64,000 nt of DNA from Setoptus koraiensis (taxonomy: Eukaryota > Animalia > Arthropoda), in the NCBI GenBank assembly GCA_048013815.1, contig CM106585.1, forward strand, positions 2,852,001 to 2,916,000, given 5' to 3'. Every line of letters begins with the position of its first letter. Position 1 is the stretch's first letter. The position numbers and the translations under genes are program-made. The notes under the pieces are model-generated. The model worked only from the letters and a program-made list of their open reading frames with translations. It did no database searches and was not told the DNA's origin. Below, one piece after another: positions 45,261 to 55,318 of this stretch.

Positions 45261-46148
45261 TTAAACCACAAACCAACTACCAGCCGGTACAAGCAACCAC
45301 ATTGAACACAGACGGACAACCCCCGCCTAACCCGGTCACTCCTCCCCCGCGCGTCACTCGGGTGTGCGCGTGTGTGTGTCGCAACAACAACAACAGCATT
45401 GCAATTTGTCAACAAATCGAACAATTTGCTCATTCTGCTAATTATTGGCAGCTAATTCAACTTGCAAAACTAAACAAACTCGCGCGCGCGCACACACACA
45501 CTTATTATTGTTATTATTATTATTACTTATAGATTATTAAAACTACTATTAAAACTATTTGAAAATTTATATATAATAATAAACTCTATTATTATCACAA
45601 TTACATTACATGACGATCATCCGTTGCTGTTTTCTTTTTCTATTTTTCTATTCTTTTTCTATTCTTTCGAAAGAACGGGCAAGAGCATCTGACGCACCGA
45701 TCGAGGGTGCAACAACGAATTCATCCGACTTGTGGGAATGGTCAGGTGAGTTACATTGTAACAGTATCGCGGAAATATATGCATACTCACTCGTGACTCG
45801 ACTAGCAGAGACAGCAAAGGTGCGCGAGCGAGCCGTTTCTCGTGCGTGCTCTCGCGTTCCTTTACTACATGTATGCTGCATACTGATGCAACTGATTTCA
45901 CCTGTCAGCTGACTGGCGCGGTAGCCTGTAATGCATTGTTTACATTTCTTTGTGTAGAATTGATCAATCGTTTTCTATTGCATGTACAATTTTAATACAG
46001 TCAATTGCAACTATTATTCAATTATTATTATTAATTTTCTCAGTCAATCTATCGACCTCAAACACAGGCCCACAAACGACCGTTGCACGAATAGCAATTC
46101 CTATCGACAAATGCGATCATCTACAAGCACTTTTATCTATCAACCAAA

Positions 46149-46694
46149 ATGGATGTAGAGCACGAAATTTCATCCATCAAGGATGCAAGCGATCTCATTA
46201 AATTAATAGATTCTTTAGATTTTCCCCCAACTCAATCAGATTGCACACAACAGAAACAGTTTGTACAACTTATTATATCATTGTTGGCCACAAAACCGCA
46301 TGTTTTTCAAACCGATGTCTACGAGTCTGTCTCCCTCTATAATGAGCGATCTGCTAAAGGCCTGGCTCAGGGCTACATCACCCCAGATAATCTTAAATTA
46401 ATGTCCACCAGCTCAAATCATCGTACAACATGGCTTAAATATGAAGTGTTACTGTGCCATTTGATCAAAAAGAAACAGTTAACGTCCAAGATATTGGCTG
46501 AAGAAATATTGACTACAATCAAACACGACCTAGATAAAAATATTCTAGCCTCAGTATCGAGCGTGTTGAGCTCTTGCGTCAGGCGGTGTCAGCAGGTTAA
46601 TCCCAACATCGCCGATGATGAAGATGAAGAGAAATGGTGTGAAATTTTAGACTGGCTAGCTTGGTTTTGTTCAGCAGAAGATGGAGAAATTTAA
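46149..46694 (+). CDS. 181-aa helical protein, tentatively like the Codanin-1 C-terminal region
   Basis: ATG-initiated ORF of normal complexity with an in-frame stop at 46092. YITPDNLKLM...WLKYEVLLCHLIKKKQL resembles the recalled CDAN1 segment LLSPRNVGLL...WDLLLFLLRELVEKGL. The coding call is firmer than the family call. Confidence 0.55.
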   Translation: MDVEHEISSIKDASDLIKLIDSLDFPPTQSDCTQQKQFVQLIISLLATKPHVFQTDVYESVSLYNERSAKGLAQGYITPDNLKLMSTSSNHRTTWLKYEVLLCHLIKKKQLTSKILAEEILTTIKHDLDKNILASVSSVLSSCVRRCQQVNPNIADDEDEEKWCEILDWLAWFCSAEDGEI

Positions 46695-46742
46695 TAGACA
46701 AATGCATTTAGATATACAAGAGTGCTCAAATTTGTGTTTATT

Positions 46743-49700
46743 CTAATTTTCAATATTAGCCGGTGGAGAGGCCAGCAATGAGGCGTATTCATGTAAAACC
46801 TCATTGAGCGATCTTTGTACAAGGGCTGCTGGCGAATCACGTGTTGCACAATCGACTAGGTGAGGATACAGTGATATTACTTGATTCCAGACACTCTTAC
46901 CGACCACTTCGGGAGGAACCTTCTTCAGTGATGACATTAAAGTGGCCATTGCTTTCAAAACAAACGATATTTCCGACATCCTATGACGTGGTAGTGGGCA
47001 CTTCCCGGCTAGTCTCTCGTCGTGATTAAACTTGATTATCACATCACTGAAGCGTTGCAGGAGACAATTCACGGCCAGTTTATTTACAATTCCCACATTT
47101 TGCTCCGGCGGAAGTGATTCATTAATAAATAATTCTGGATTACCCTGAGGACCAAAATAAGAGAACTGTAGAAGTGTTTCAAAGCAACATCGAGCAAAAT
47201 CCTCGCGCAATCTGACGCTAGTGGATTCCAAGCAAACCGGCAATATGTTTATAGTCGGAGAATGTATTGATCCTCTATTGAGAAGTGTCACTATCTGAAG
47301 AACAAATTCCTTGGGTATTGAACTAGAATTTGGTAGTATTCTATCTCTAATAAATTCGACAATCTTAACATCAAGACCCTCATCCTGAGCTTTCAATTGC
47401 GCATTGTAAATGGTTGTCACATCACTTCCACAGGTGCTGTCTAAACTACTTGTGGTAGTCGCAGATAAACTAGGCGATGATTGGTTAGATGTAGACCTTT
47501 TAATAATTCTACCACTATTGCAGACTTGATTGGAGAAGGGAAATGCCAGTTGCTGCTGCTCACCATAATATGAACTCGAAAAACTGGCGCCAAATGGAAG
47601 TTGGTTGCGAGAATTGTTGTTCATCGAATTTCCAACAACGTTCAAATTAGTAGTTCCGGAGATAACATTCGGAAAAAGGAATAACTCTAGACAGAGTGCC
47701 AGGTCAGCCCAAAGGTTTACAAACAGTTCAGGATATTTTCTTGCTACGTTCAAACCTACTTGCAATATGTTTAACAAAGACAAAACTGCTAGTTTCCATG
47801 TAGAGTGATGCAATGGACATTGTTTAAGTTGAGGAGCATCCTGCATGATGACCACTATAGTATGTAAAACTTGAGATTGTATCACGACACGATTGTTTGC
47901 AAATTGTCTATAGATTACGACAAGGTTCTTCAGACACTTTTCTGCAAATGGAGTACTGTTTGGCATCATCATCTGGTCTGGTTGATGGATAACTGGTCGC
48001 TGGTCGATCGAGATAACAGGACATTCTGTTTTGATGAAAGAATAAGTAAAGAACTTTGCTAATTGTTCGAAATATACTGGCAAAATTTCATTCTCGATGC
48101 TTGCTTTCAAGATATCATCAGTTATTTGTTGATCCGACGATTGCAGTTGGTTAGTTGGATTACCGGTTGCAATATGCTGTTCAGTACTCTCATTTTCATT
48201 GTTTTGCATTTGTGGACTCTCAGAAATTGGTTTCATTGGAATATTTTGTCTCTGAATAGGTTGTATGGCTGGGTTAACTGGAATGGGAGGTGGTTCATCA
48301 GAATGCTTGGCTAGTAAATCTTTTTCGATTTCTCCCATAACCTCGAGAGCAGCGTTATGCAAAGGAGTAGTATGTATTACAGTAAGATTGTTATCCGATT
48401 GGCCACCAGCATTACAAGCCACAGATGATGTTGAAGATGGGTTATTGTGATTGATGTGATGTAAAGGCATAGTTTGGTAAGCAAATACGGATGATATGTC
48501 ATGATCTGTAATTGGAACTGATAAACAACGGTCCAACACTTGACATACTCGTTTAAATTCAGTAGCCTTGAATTCCGTCTTAATGTTGGGATATAGATAT
48601 AGAAATATTTTAACATAATTCAATAGGTATGTTTGTGAAGGGATTGTCAGCACATTCGCTTGCTCTGGAGACGGTATGACCAAAGGTCGCGAATCTCCAT
48701 TCGAGGTTCTAATCTTGTTGCACTGGGTTATCAGATCCTGCAAAAGCTGTGGTTCTGTCGACTCTGAGATTGATACGATGGGTTTTACTTTGTCGACGAA
48801 TCCGCTAACTTGCGTCACCTCTATGCCTATTGTACACCAAGTGTTCCAGGCTGATAACCATAAGGCTAAATCTTGTGATGCGTCCAATAGTTTATTGTTA
48901 TCTTGTTTTGGTTTTGCAGTGGCGTGAGATGCATTACAACTTGTTAATAACTCTTGAAAACTCTTCAATGCCGCCAATGAAACTTCTGAAACTTTGCTGA
49001 GAGAAGCAGTTTTAATGAATTCAAGCAGAACCTTCCAAGCGTTGGGAAACTTGTTGATTGCAAGAAGATTGTCCCTTTTAGTGGTAAATACTTTAGTAAC
49101 ACCGCTCAGTGCAAGAACTTGGGTCTCTGACCATTGTTTTTGGGCTGTGTTTCGTGTATGATGCAATAGAATTTCGCCTTGCAAATCGTCATAATTCTCT
49201 TTGTTGTCTAAACCAGAACCTGTAGATTGCTGAATCTTCACGTCGGAAGCTAGGCCGGAATTAGTACGGACTTGATTTAGTAACGGGAACAGTACTTGCC
49301 ATAAAACAGCTTGCCATGTTCTGGCTTCCAAGATGGACCCGTGAGTGGTGATTGTAGCAAACAAAGTTTGACAAGCACTTTTCCTTATCGCTGGTCGAGT
49401 ATCTATACATATTTCACTCAATTTTGAGAACGACGCCATCCATATAGCATCATAGTCTGTTAAATCTGATTGTTTCATATATTCATGAATAAAAGCTAGA
49501 TTGGGTGCGTCCTCTTCGAAGCCTTTCTTTATCTGATCAGTGTCTCGACGTGTCAAACCGCCGATTATCTTGTTTCTATTCTGATATAAATAATCAGCTA
49601 CATTCCATAACAACCCAATTGCAGTCAGCGACACATTCAGTTCTTGTGTTTGAGAAGCAAATTTGACAATTCCGGCAATGACCAAAATTATATACTTGCT

Positions 49701-51710
49701 ATCTATTGCGGATAGATAGTCACTCACAATCAACTGTAAACACTGGAACGCAATCCTGATAAGATTTTCATTTTGCATTTCATCAACAGTACCTATTATA
49801 TCTATGAGCTGAGGCCAGCCGCCTCCATATCCGAAGCTCATACTTTCACTGTTCGATAATAGAGAATCTCCGGAGGTACTCTGGATTATCTGCAAAACTG
49901 CATCTAATTGCTTTTGTCTTATATCTTGATGAGCTACGGTGGAAAGACTTTGTAAAGGCCGAAGTAGAACACGTTGATTCAATGGAAGTGGCTTGAGGTT
50001 TCTATGTTGTTGCTGTAGATGACAAGAAGCTTGTCTAATCAGATGTGTTAATGCGTCAGCGCCCCACTCTCGAATCCGCAAATGCGAATGATGAATTACC
50101 TCTAGAAAATGACTTGTCAATGGTTTCCATATTACATCTATTCTATGCAAGTTGACAAGGCCAATTTCTAATAATTTAACTATTATATAAGGAGATGGCT
50201 CTCGGTTTGGTGTGCTTGCTGATATAGGTGAAGCACTGAGAGAACTCGAATCTGTTGTTGGGGAAGAGTGTCCCTCTATTGTGTCACTTGATAGTTTACA
50301 CAACTCATCAACCAACTTTAATAGACAAGCATCATCTAGAAGAGGAGAGTTTTCAAACAGCTTTGAGATCATGGTTGTTAGAACTGGTACCTCTGATGTT
50401 GTAACTGATGATATAGTTGTACCCGCTGTTCCTGTATCGGCGCTACTAAGTCGTGCTAATTTGAGGGGTCCGCCCGTCACTTGTTTTAGACTTGTGTCAC
50501 TTTCGATGAGTTTAACAAAGATGGACATAAAAATTGCACTTCTGTTAATCAATTCACGATAAAACTTTTGTATTAACATGGAGAGTATACGCAATATACG
50601 CATCGACGTGGCGTTGATTGGCTGATCTGAGCTAATGTTGGCTATAACTGACTCTTCTACTTCATTGGGTGAGTGTGCTGACTTTTGATCTTTGTTAGTC
50701 GACAAATCATGTGCTTTGTTTAAGGGTAATGTTGATGTGTTCTCACTGTCCTCATAGCTGATATCTGGTGAAAATAGTTTCAGGATCATTGGACAAACTT
50801 TCTTCTTTATTAAATATTTGAATTCCTCGTGCCTCGCCAATGTGTCAGAATAAGATATAAAAACTATCTCAAGTAGCTCCAATCCGAATGTTCTAGTCAT
50901 CTCCGTCATGCCAACTAGCCAATATGGCTGTTCTGCTTTCACAAGCTGTATTAGATCTCGCATAAGTAGGAAGGCATCGGCTGCAGCTGGCTTGAGGGAT
51001 TTGGGTGCATACTGCTGAGGGAATTTGCTTCCATGTTCCAGCATGTTAGCGGTAACACACAGATGCAATTCATTAAGGTCTAATGGTTGTACAATAAATT
51101 TGTTTGCTAAAGATGCTTCGCCGCTAGTATTACTTCCAACCAAACCTTCTAATTGATCTTTATCTTCATTTTCGACCCTCTCAATGATGTTTGCCACTAG
51201 TTGTCTGATAGTGGCTGAGGCGACGTTCCTGTGGGGACTTTTAGTAAAATGCAATCTGAAACACAATACCAGAGACTTTGCTAGCGCAGCCCCCGTTACG
51301 ATACCATTGGTAGATACTAACAAAGTGACAGTTTGTAATACTTTAAGCTCTTCGGTGTTGTTTTCCATTAATGTCCATAGACAGTCGACAAAGTTACATG
51401 CTGCGGTTGGCGATAAAGCCTGGAAAGTAATTAATCGCTGGACTGCTCCCAGGCTTATTTGAACAATTTTCTGGTTTTGTTTGTTGAATTCACAGGCCAT
51501 AATAAATGGCTCAACTATCCTGACACTATCTTCGTACAAAGCCTGTCTAAGACTGAGACCGGATCTGTCAACCATGTTACTGACGGCTCTGACCTTGATA
51601 ATGCCAGCCTCCGCAGCCTCCTTAAGAGGGGGCAGTTTTCTTTTGGCCTCATTTGATATGGTTCTGAGGTCACTTTGTAAAGAGTCAAGAAGATTTGTGG
51701 TCAGAGCCAT
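46743..51710 (-). CDS. MON2: MON2 (Sec7-family-like endosome/Golgi trafficking scaffold), 1655 aa, intronless
   Basis: N-terminal DCB LLDSLQSDLRTISNEAKRKLPPLKEAAEAGIIKV, EMTRTFGLELLE, REWGADALTHLI, DTRPAIRKSACQTLF, QKQWSETQVL, REDFARCCFETLLQFS, CPLPRHRMSEISFVLKA. Confidence 0.95.
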   Translation of the reverse strand: MALTTNLLDSLQSDLRTISNEAKRKLPPLKEAAEAGIIKVRAVSNMVDRSGLSLRQALYEDSVRIVEPFIMACEFNKQNQKIVQISLGAVQRLITFQALSPTAACNFVDCLWTLMENNTEELKVLQTVTLLVSTNGIVTGAALAKSLVLCFRLHFTKSPHRNVASATIRQLVANIIERVENEDKDQLEGLVGSNTSGEASLANKFIVQPLDLNELHLCVTANMLEHGSKFPQQYAPKSLKPAAADAFLLMRDLIQLVKAEQPYWLVGMTEMTRTFGLELLEIVFISYSDTLARHEEFKYLIKKKVCPMILKLFSPDISYEDSENTSTLPLNKAHDLSTNKDQKSAHSPNEVEESVIANISSDQPINATSMRILRILSMLIQKFYRELINRSAIFMSIFVKLIESDTSLKQVTGGPLKLARLSSADTGTAGTTISSVTTSEVPVLTTMISKLFENSPLLDDACLLKLVDELCKLSSDTIEGHSSPTTDSSSLSASPISASTPNREPSPYIIVKLLEIGLVNLHRIDVIWKPLTSHFLEVIHHSHLRIREWGADALTHLIRQASCHLQQQHRNLKPLPLNQRVLLRPLQSLSTVAHQDIRQKQLDAVLQIIQSTSGDSLLSNSESMSFGYGGGWPQLIDIIGTVDEMQNENLIRIAFQCLQLIVSDYLSAIDSKYIILVIAGIVKFASQTQELNVSLTAIGLLWNVADYLYQNRNKIIGGLTRRDTDQIKKGFEEDAPNLAFIHEYMKQSDLTDYDAIWMASFSKLSEICIDTRPAIRKSACQTLFATITTHGSILEARTWQAVLWQVLFPLLNQVRTNSGLASDVKIQQSTGSGLDNKENYDDLQGEILLHHTRNTAQKQWSETQVLALSGVTKVFTTKRDNLLAINKFPNAWKVLLEFIKTASLSKVSEVSLAALKSFQELLTSCNASHATAKPKQDNNKLLDASQDLALWLSAWNTWCTIGIEVTQVSGFVDKVKPIVSISESTEPQLLQDLITQCNKIRTSNGDSRPLVIPSPEQANVLTIPSQTYLLNYVKIFLYLYPNIKTEFKATEFKRVCQVLDRCLSVPITDHDISSVFAYQTMPLHHINHNNPSSTSSVACNAGGQSDNNLTVIHTTPLHNAALEVMGEIEKDLLAKHSDEPPPIPVNPAIQPIQRQNIPMKPISESPQMQNNENESTEQHIATGNPTNQLQSSDQQITDDILKASIENEILPVYFEQLAKFFTYSFIKTECPVISIDQRPVIHQPDQMMMPNSTPFAEKCLKNLVVIYRQFANNRVVIQSQVLHTIVVIMQDAPQLKQCPLHHSTWKLAVLSLLNILQVGLNVARKYPELFVNLWADLALCLELFLFPNVISGTTNLNVVGNSMNNNSRNQLPFGASFSSSYYGEQQQLAFPFSNQVCNSGRIIKRSTSNQSSPSLSATTTSSLDSTCGSDVTTIYNAQLKAQDEGLDVKIVEFIRDRILPNSSSIPKEFVLQIVTLLNRGSIHSPTINILPVCLESTSVRLREDFARCCFETLLQFSYFGPQGNPELFINESLPPEQNVGIVNKLAVNCLLQRFSDVIIKFNHDERLAGKCPLPRHRMSEISFVLKAMATLMSSLKKVPPEVVGKSVWNQVISLYPHLVDCATRDSPAALVQRSLNEVLHEYASLLASPPANIEN

Positions 51711-52446
51711 GAGTTTTTGATCGGTTGTATAATTTCAGGTGTTTTCAGCTTCAAATAAGGGAGTAACAAACAGAGAGGGATGCCAAGAATGGGTGTACAA
51801 ATTAGCCGTTTGCTCACTAACTCATATATCCAGTTGCTGTACACTCCACATCATGATGACACTAATCTATGGTTGTGGAGAGAAACCGATAATAATAATG
51901 ATGTCGATTTGGTTGTAGCCGTCTTATGATGAGCGATTGAAATGGGAACAATTGTCAAAATTTTTAAAAGGTAGATCCTGCTTTCGTAAGTAGCTCCATG
52001 TTCCGTCAGAGAAGGAAAACAATTTATGATTTCTATCTAGTAGTAAATGCGACAATGTTTTCAATGGTAAAATGGTAGTGATAATGGTTGTAATATAATA
52101 GAAATAATAATAATAGCGATAATTTTATCAATTAATGGTAACCGACTCCTTTGTGAAATGTTTTTGTGTTCAAGCTGTCCAACTTGGCCATACATGCACA
52201 TACTGCACAAAGAGACAGTGGGGGAAAGAGCGAAGTAGAAATGACTTCAACATTGTGGTGACGAGCGAGTAAATAAAGCAAACCATCATGCCAGCTGATC
52301 TTTTGAAACACATTTTTTTGGTTCGGCATCTTGAAAGTTCTACACAACTTTTGCACACTCTCACTAACATGTAGTTTTCCAACCACCGATGACCTTCCGG
52401 GTGCTCCCTGCAACATATGTAATTATTATCTCCTATCGCCTAGAGA

Positions 52447-54309
52447 ATGTCTATCAAAATCTGTCCAGTCATGGCAACAAGATGTCCGAAAACTCAAAAA
52501 CGAAGACAGTTAATTTTAACTAACTTAACGCGGAATGTGACTAAGACGCATCTAGAGGAGATATTTGGCACTTTTGGGAAACTCAGAAACGTCAAATTGC
52601 CAGCCAACAAGTACAATCTATTTATTCATGACGGCTACGCCATAATAGAATACGAAAAGAGGAAATATTGCAGGTTAGCATTGAGGTTTATGGATGGAGG
52701 TCAAATAGATGGTCAAGTAATCCAAGTTGAACCATACTATGAGGATGAACATGACAGCGATGAGATGAAGTGCAAACAAAATAATCACAATACTGCCGAG
52801 CACTCAGTGCTCCTAGAGAATTTGGATATTGTGAATCTCAACCCAAGCCACTTGGATGAACGCCGCACGTCAGACACTGACAATTCACAAAGGGAAAAAG
52901 ATGCAAAGAATGAACGGTTATCAGCTCGTGATAAAAGAGCGATGGTAATCGATTACGATGATATCAGTTCGTGTGATAGTTACGATTCACTTGGCTCAGC
53001 TAAATCTTCCAAAAATAACTTGGAAAATAATTGTCAAATGAGACTAAATAGATTGGGCAACAAATCAACTGATATTCCAGCCTGCTCCAAGATAGAAACT
53101 GAAAATAATCCAATGCCAAAATCTACCAGAGAAGGGGATAGAGGGAAGCACCATGATGAGGAGGATAGAGAACCAAGGAGTACCTCAGAAATAGATAAGG
53201 AACGCCTTTATCAGATTGCTAAGGATAATTTGCGTAGGCTGATGTACTTTGGTGAGATACCGAATGGTACTGAATTGTACAGACTTGCCGAATTGCACAT
53301 TAAAAGGTGGGATAAAGAGGATAGAATGACCAGGCGGTCTCAGCGAACAGGCCGACGATACTCTGACTCCGAGGATGAACTTCTCGGAGATATTGCACAA
53401 AAAAAGACTCTGAAAAAATCTCAGCCTATCGAAATCAACGTCAGAGGCGGCCACAGGTCTGCAAGCCCTGAAGATCTACGATTTTTGTACCCTGTATCCA
53501 AAGGTTATAGACCTATAATAAATCCAGACATTCCTTGGGTAGAGGTGGATCCCCATTTTACAGGAAAGAAGAAGAAATCAAAACTTGATTTGGATGAGAA
53601 GACTGATGATAGCAAAGATGAGGTCTCCTTGTCGGAGAACGAGAAGATGTCGGGAGATCACGAGATGGTTCGGCCGGGCCTTGGTTTAGATGTTGGTGTC
53701 TTACATTCACAAAGATTAACCTCTCTAAAAAAGCTAGAGGAAGATCCAGGTAATGTGGTAGCGTTGCAGCAGCTCCAGTCCGTAACTAAACTTATAGAAG
53801 TGTATGAGAACACCAGAACACCAATGACAAAATTAGGCGGTAACGATGATGAACTTAGAAATTTGATTTTCCCAGATGGAGAGGGTTTGGGTCATCATCT
53901 ACTCAAAAAGATGGGATGGACACCAGGAACGGGTTTAGGTAGGCATCAACAGGGCATAATCGAGCCTCTTGCACCAAAAACTCAACTCGATACAAAAGGA
54001 CTTGTAACCGAAGATGAAAAAGTTAGAGACATTACAAGACAGCTTCTTCCAGGTAGCCCCAATGAAGTGACGTCATGGAGTAGAACACCTGTATCTATAT
54101 TGAATGAGCATTGCTGGAAGTCAAAGAGATTGATTCCTAAATATGAAATGGTTCACGAAGATGGTCCAGCTCACAAGAAGAACTTCCAGTACGCAGTTAT
54201 AATCAATGGAATTTCTTATCAACCAACAACCTCGTGCGGTAATAAGAAAGAAGCCAAACAATTAGCGGCCGCTGTGGCTGCTGAAGCCTTCGGTTTATTG
54301 ACGAATTGA
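52447..54309 (+). CDS. SON: SON-like splicing cofactor (G-patch + dsRBM) with an N-terminal RNPS1-type RRM, 620 aa, single ORF
   Basis: RRM LTRNVTKTHLEEIFGTFGK...GYAIIEYE...ALRFMDGGQIDGQ (RNPS1 signature); SON-type IDKERLYQIAKDN, YPVSKG, G-patch LLKKMGWTPGTGLGRHQQGIIEP followed by DTKGL, dsRBM PVSILNEHC...HEDGPAHKKNF...YQP...NKKEAK. Confidence 0.85.
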   Translation: MSIKICPVMATRCPKTQKRRQLILTNLTRNVTKTHLEEIFGTFGKLRNVKLPANKYNLFIHDGYAIIEYEKRKYCRLALRFMDGGQIDGQVIQVEPYYEDEHDSDEMKCKQNNHNTAEHSVLLENLDIVNLNPSHLDERRTSDTDNSQREKDAKNERLSARDKRAMVIDYDDISSCDSYDSLGSAKSSKNNLENNCQMRLNRLGNKSTDIPACSKIETENNPMPKSTREGDRGKHHDEEDREPRSTSEIDKERLYQIAKDNLRRLMYFGEIPNGTELYRLAELHIKRWDKEDRMTRRSQRTGRRYSDSEDELLGDIAQKKTLKKSQPIEINVRGGHRSASPEDLRFLYPVSKGYRPIINPDIPWVEVDPHFTGKKKKSKLDLDEKTDDSKDEVSLSENEKMSGDHEMVRPGLGLDVGVLHSQRLTSLKKLEEDPGNVVALQQLQSVTKLIEVYENTRTPMTKLGGNDDELRNLIFPDGEGLGHHLLKKMGWTPGTGLGRHQQGIIEPLAPKTQLDTKGLVTEDEKVRDITRQLLPGSPNEVTSWSRTPVSILNEHCWKSKRLIPKYEMVHEDGPAHKKNFQYAVIINGISYQPTTSCGNKKEAKQLAAAVAAEAFGLLTN

Positions 54310-55318
54310 CTCACGAGCGTTCAGAGGTCACTTATTATATTTCAATTTTCCTTCCATAGCAGTGCCTTCCCTTACTTTAGGCCTTCATTTTCTAGTCCAA
54401 TTGGTGTGCATACTGTTCAGAAGAGTAAAGTGAGATATGTGCAGCGATCTAATCGAACTATCACAAAACTATCTGTGATTCGCCATACTTTTGTTGAGTC
54501 CACAAACCGCGAAACGATTGGTGCACTTTATAAGCATGGAACGTTTTTATCGAAGAATAAATTTTTGCTTGTTCAAGCTAAACAGAGTTGTTACAATAAT
54601 TGCAGATTTGATACTGTCAACATTTCTCATGTTTGTCCCAGATTGGGGATATTTTTCCAAAAAATCGCAAAAGTATCTTCCAGGAAGGTTGCATCAAAGT
54701 TGAATATACGTGCATTTTAAGCAATTCTCCTTTATCCTTGTATCTGGAGCAAAATTGATTGTAGTTTATTCACTCTAATCCGCAGTGTAAGACTTAGAAA
54801 GAGTATCCTCGTATTCCAGTGACTACCTATAATTGTTGTGACATTGTGTTAAAATAGTTGTTCAATCAGTCTAACGAGTGACACGCAACAAAAAACTTTG
54901 GAAAAGCATCTTTTAATTGACACTTCTTGTAAAGATATGAGGGGAGAAACGATGAATGACATGAACAACAGTCACCGATATCCGATCTCAGATTGGCCAG
55001 AATGCAGGATAGCAATTTCCCTTTGGATAATATATTAAACTCAACGAAATGAAGATACACGTGACCACTGTAGCTACTCATCATACTCTAAGCCAAATCC
55101 CTAGACTTGATTCTTTATTTCAAAACTTATCTCCATCAAGGAATTTAATACAGAATATAGAAACATTCCAGCAGATGAATGAACTTTCTCATAAGCGATA
55201 CTTGAGATATGTTTTCAGTGGGGGCGAACTCAATTCCGTGTTGAATTCTTAAGCTGGATTGTAGAATACAGTTTACGAAAGTTTCATCACAGTTTTGAAC
55301 TTCTGGACGTTAGTGAAG

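Noticed and set aside
52132-52513. Small ORFs in the MON2-SON divergent gap
   Set aside because: Short, mutually overlapping, non-ATG or unrecognisable; more likely bidirectional promoter and UTR sequence.
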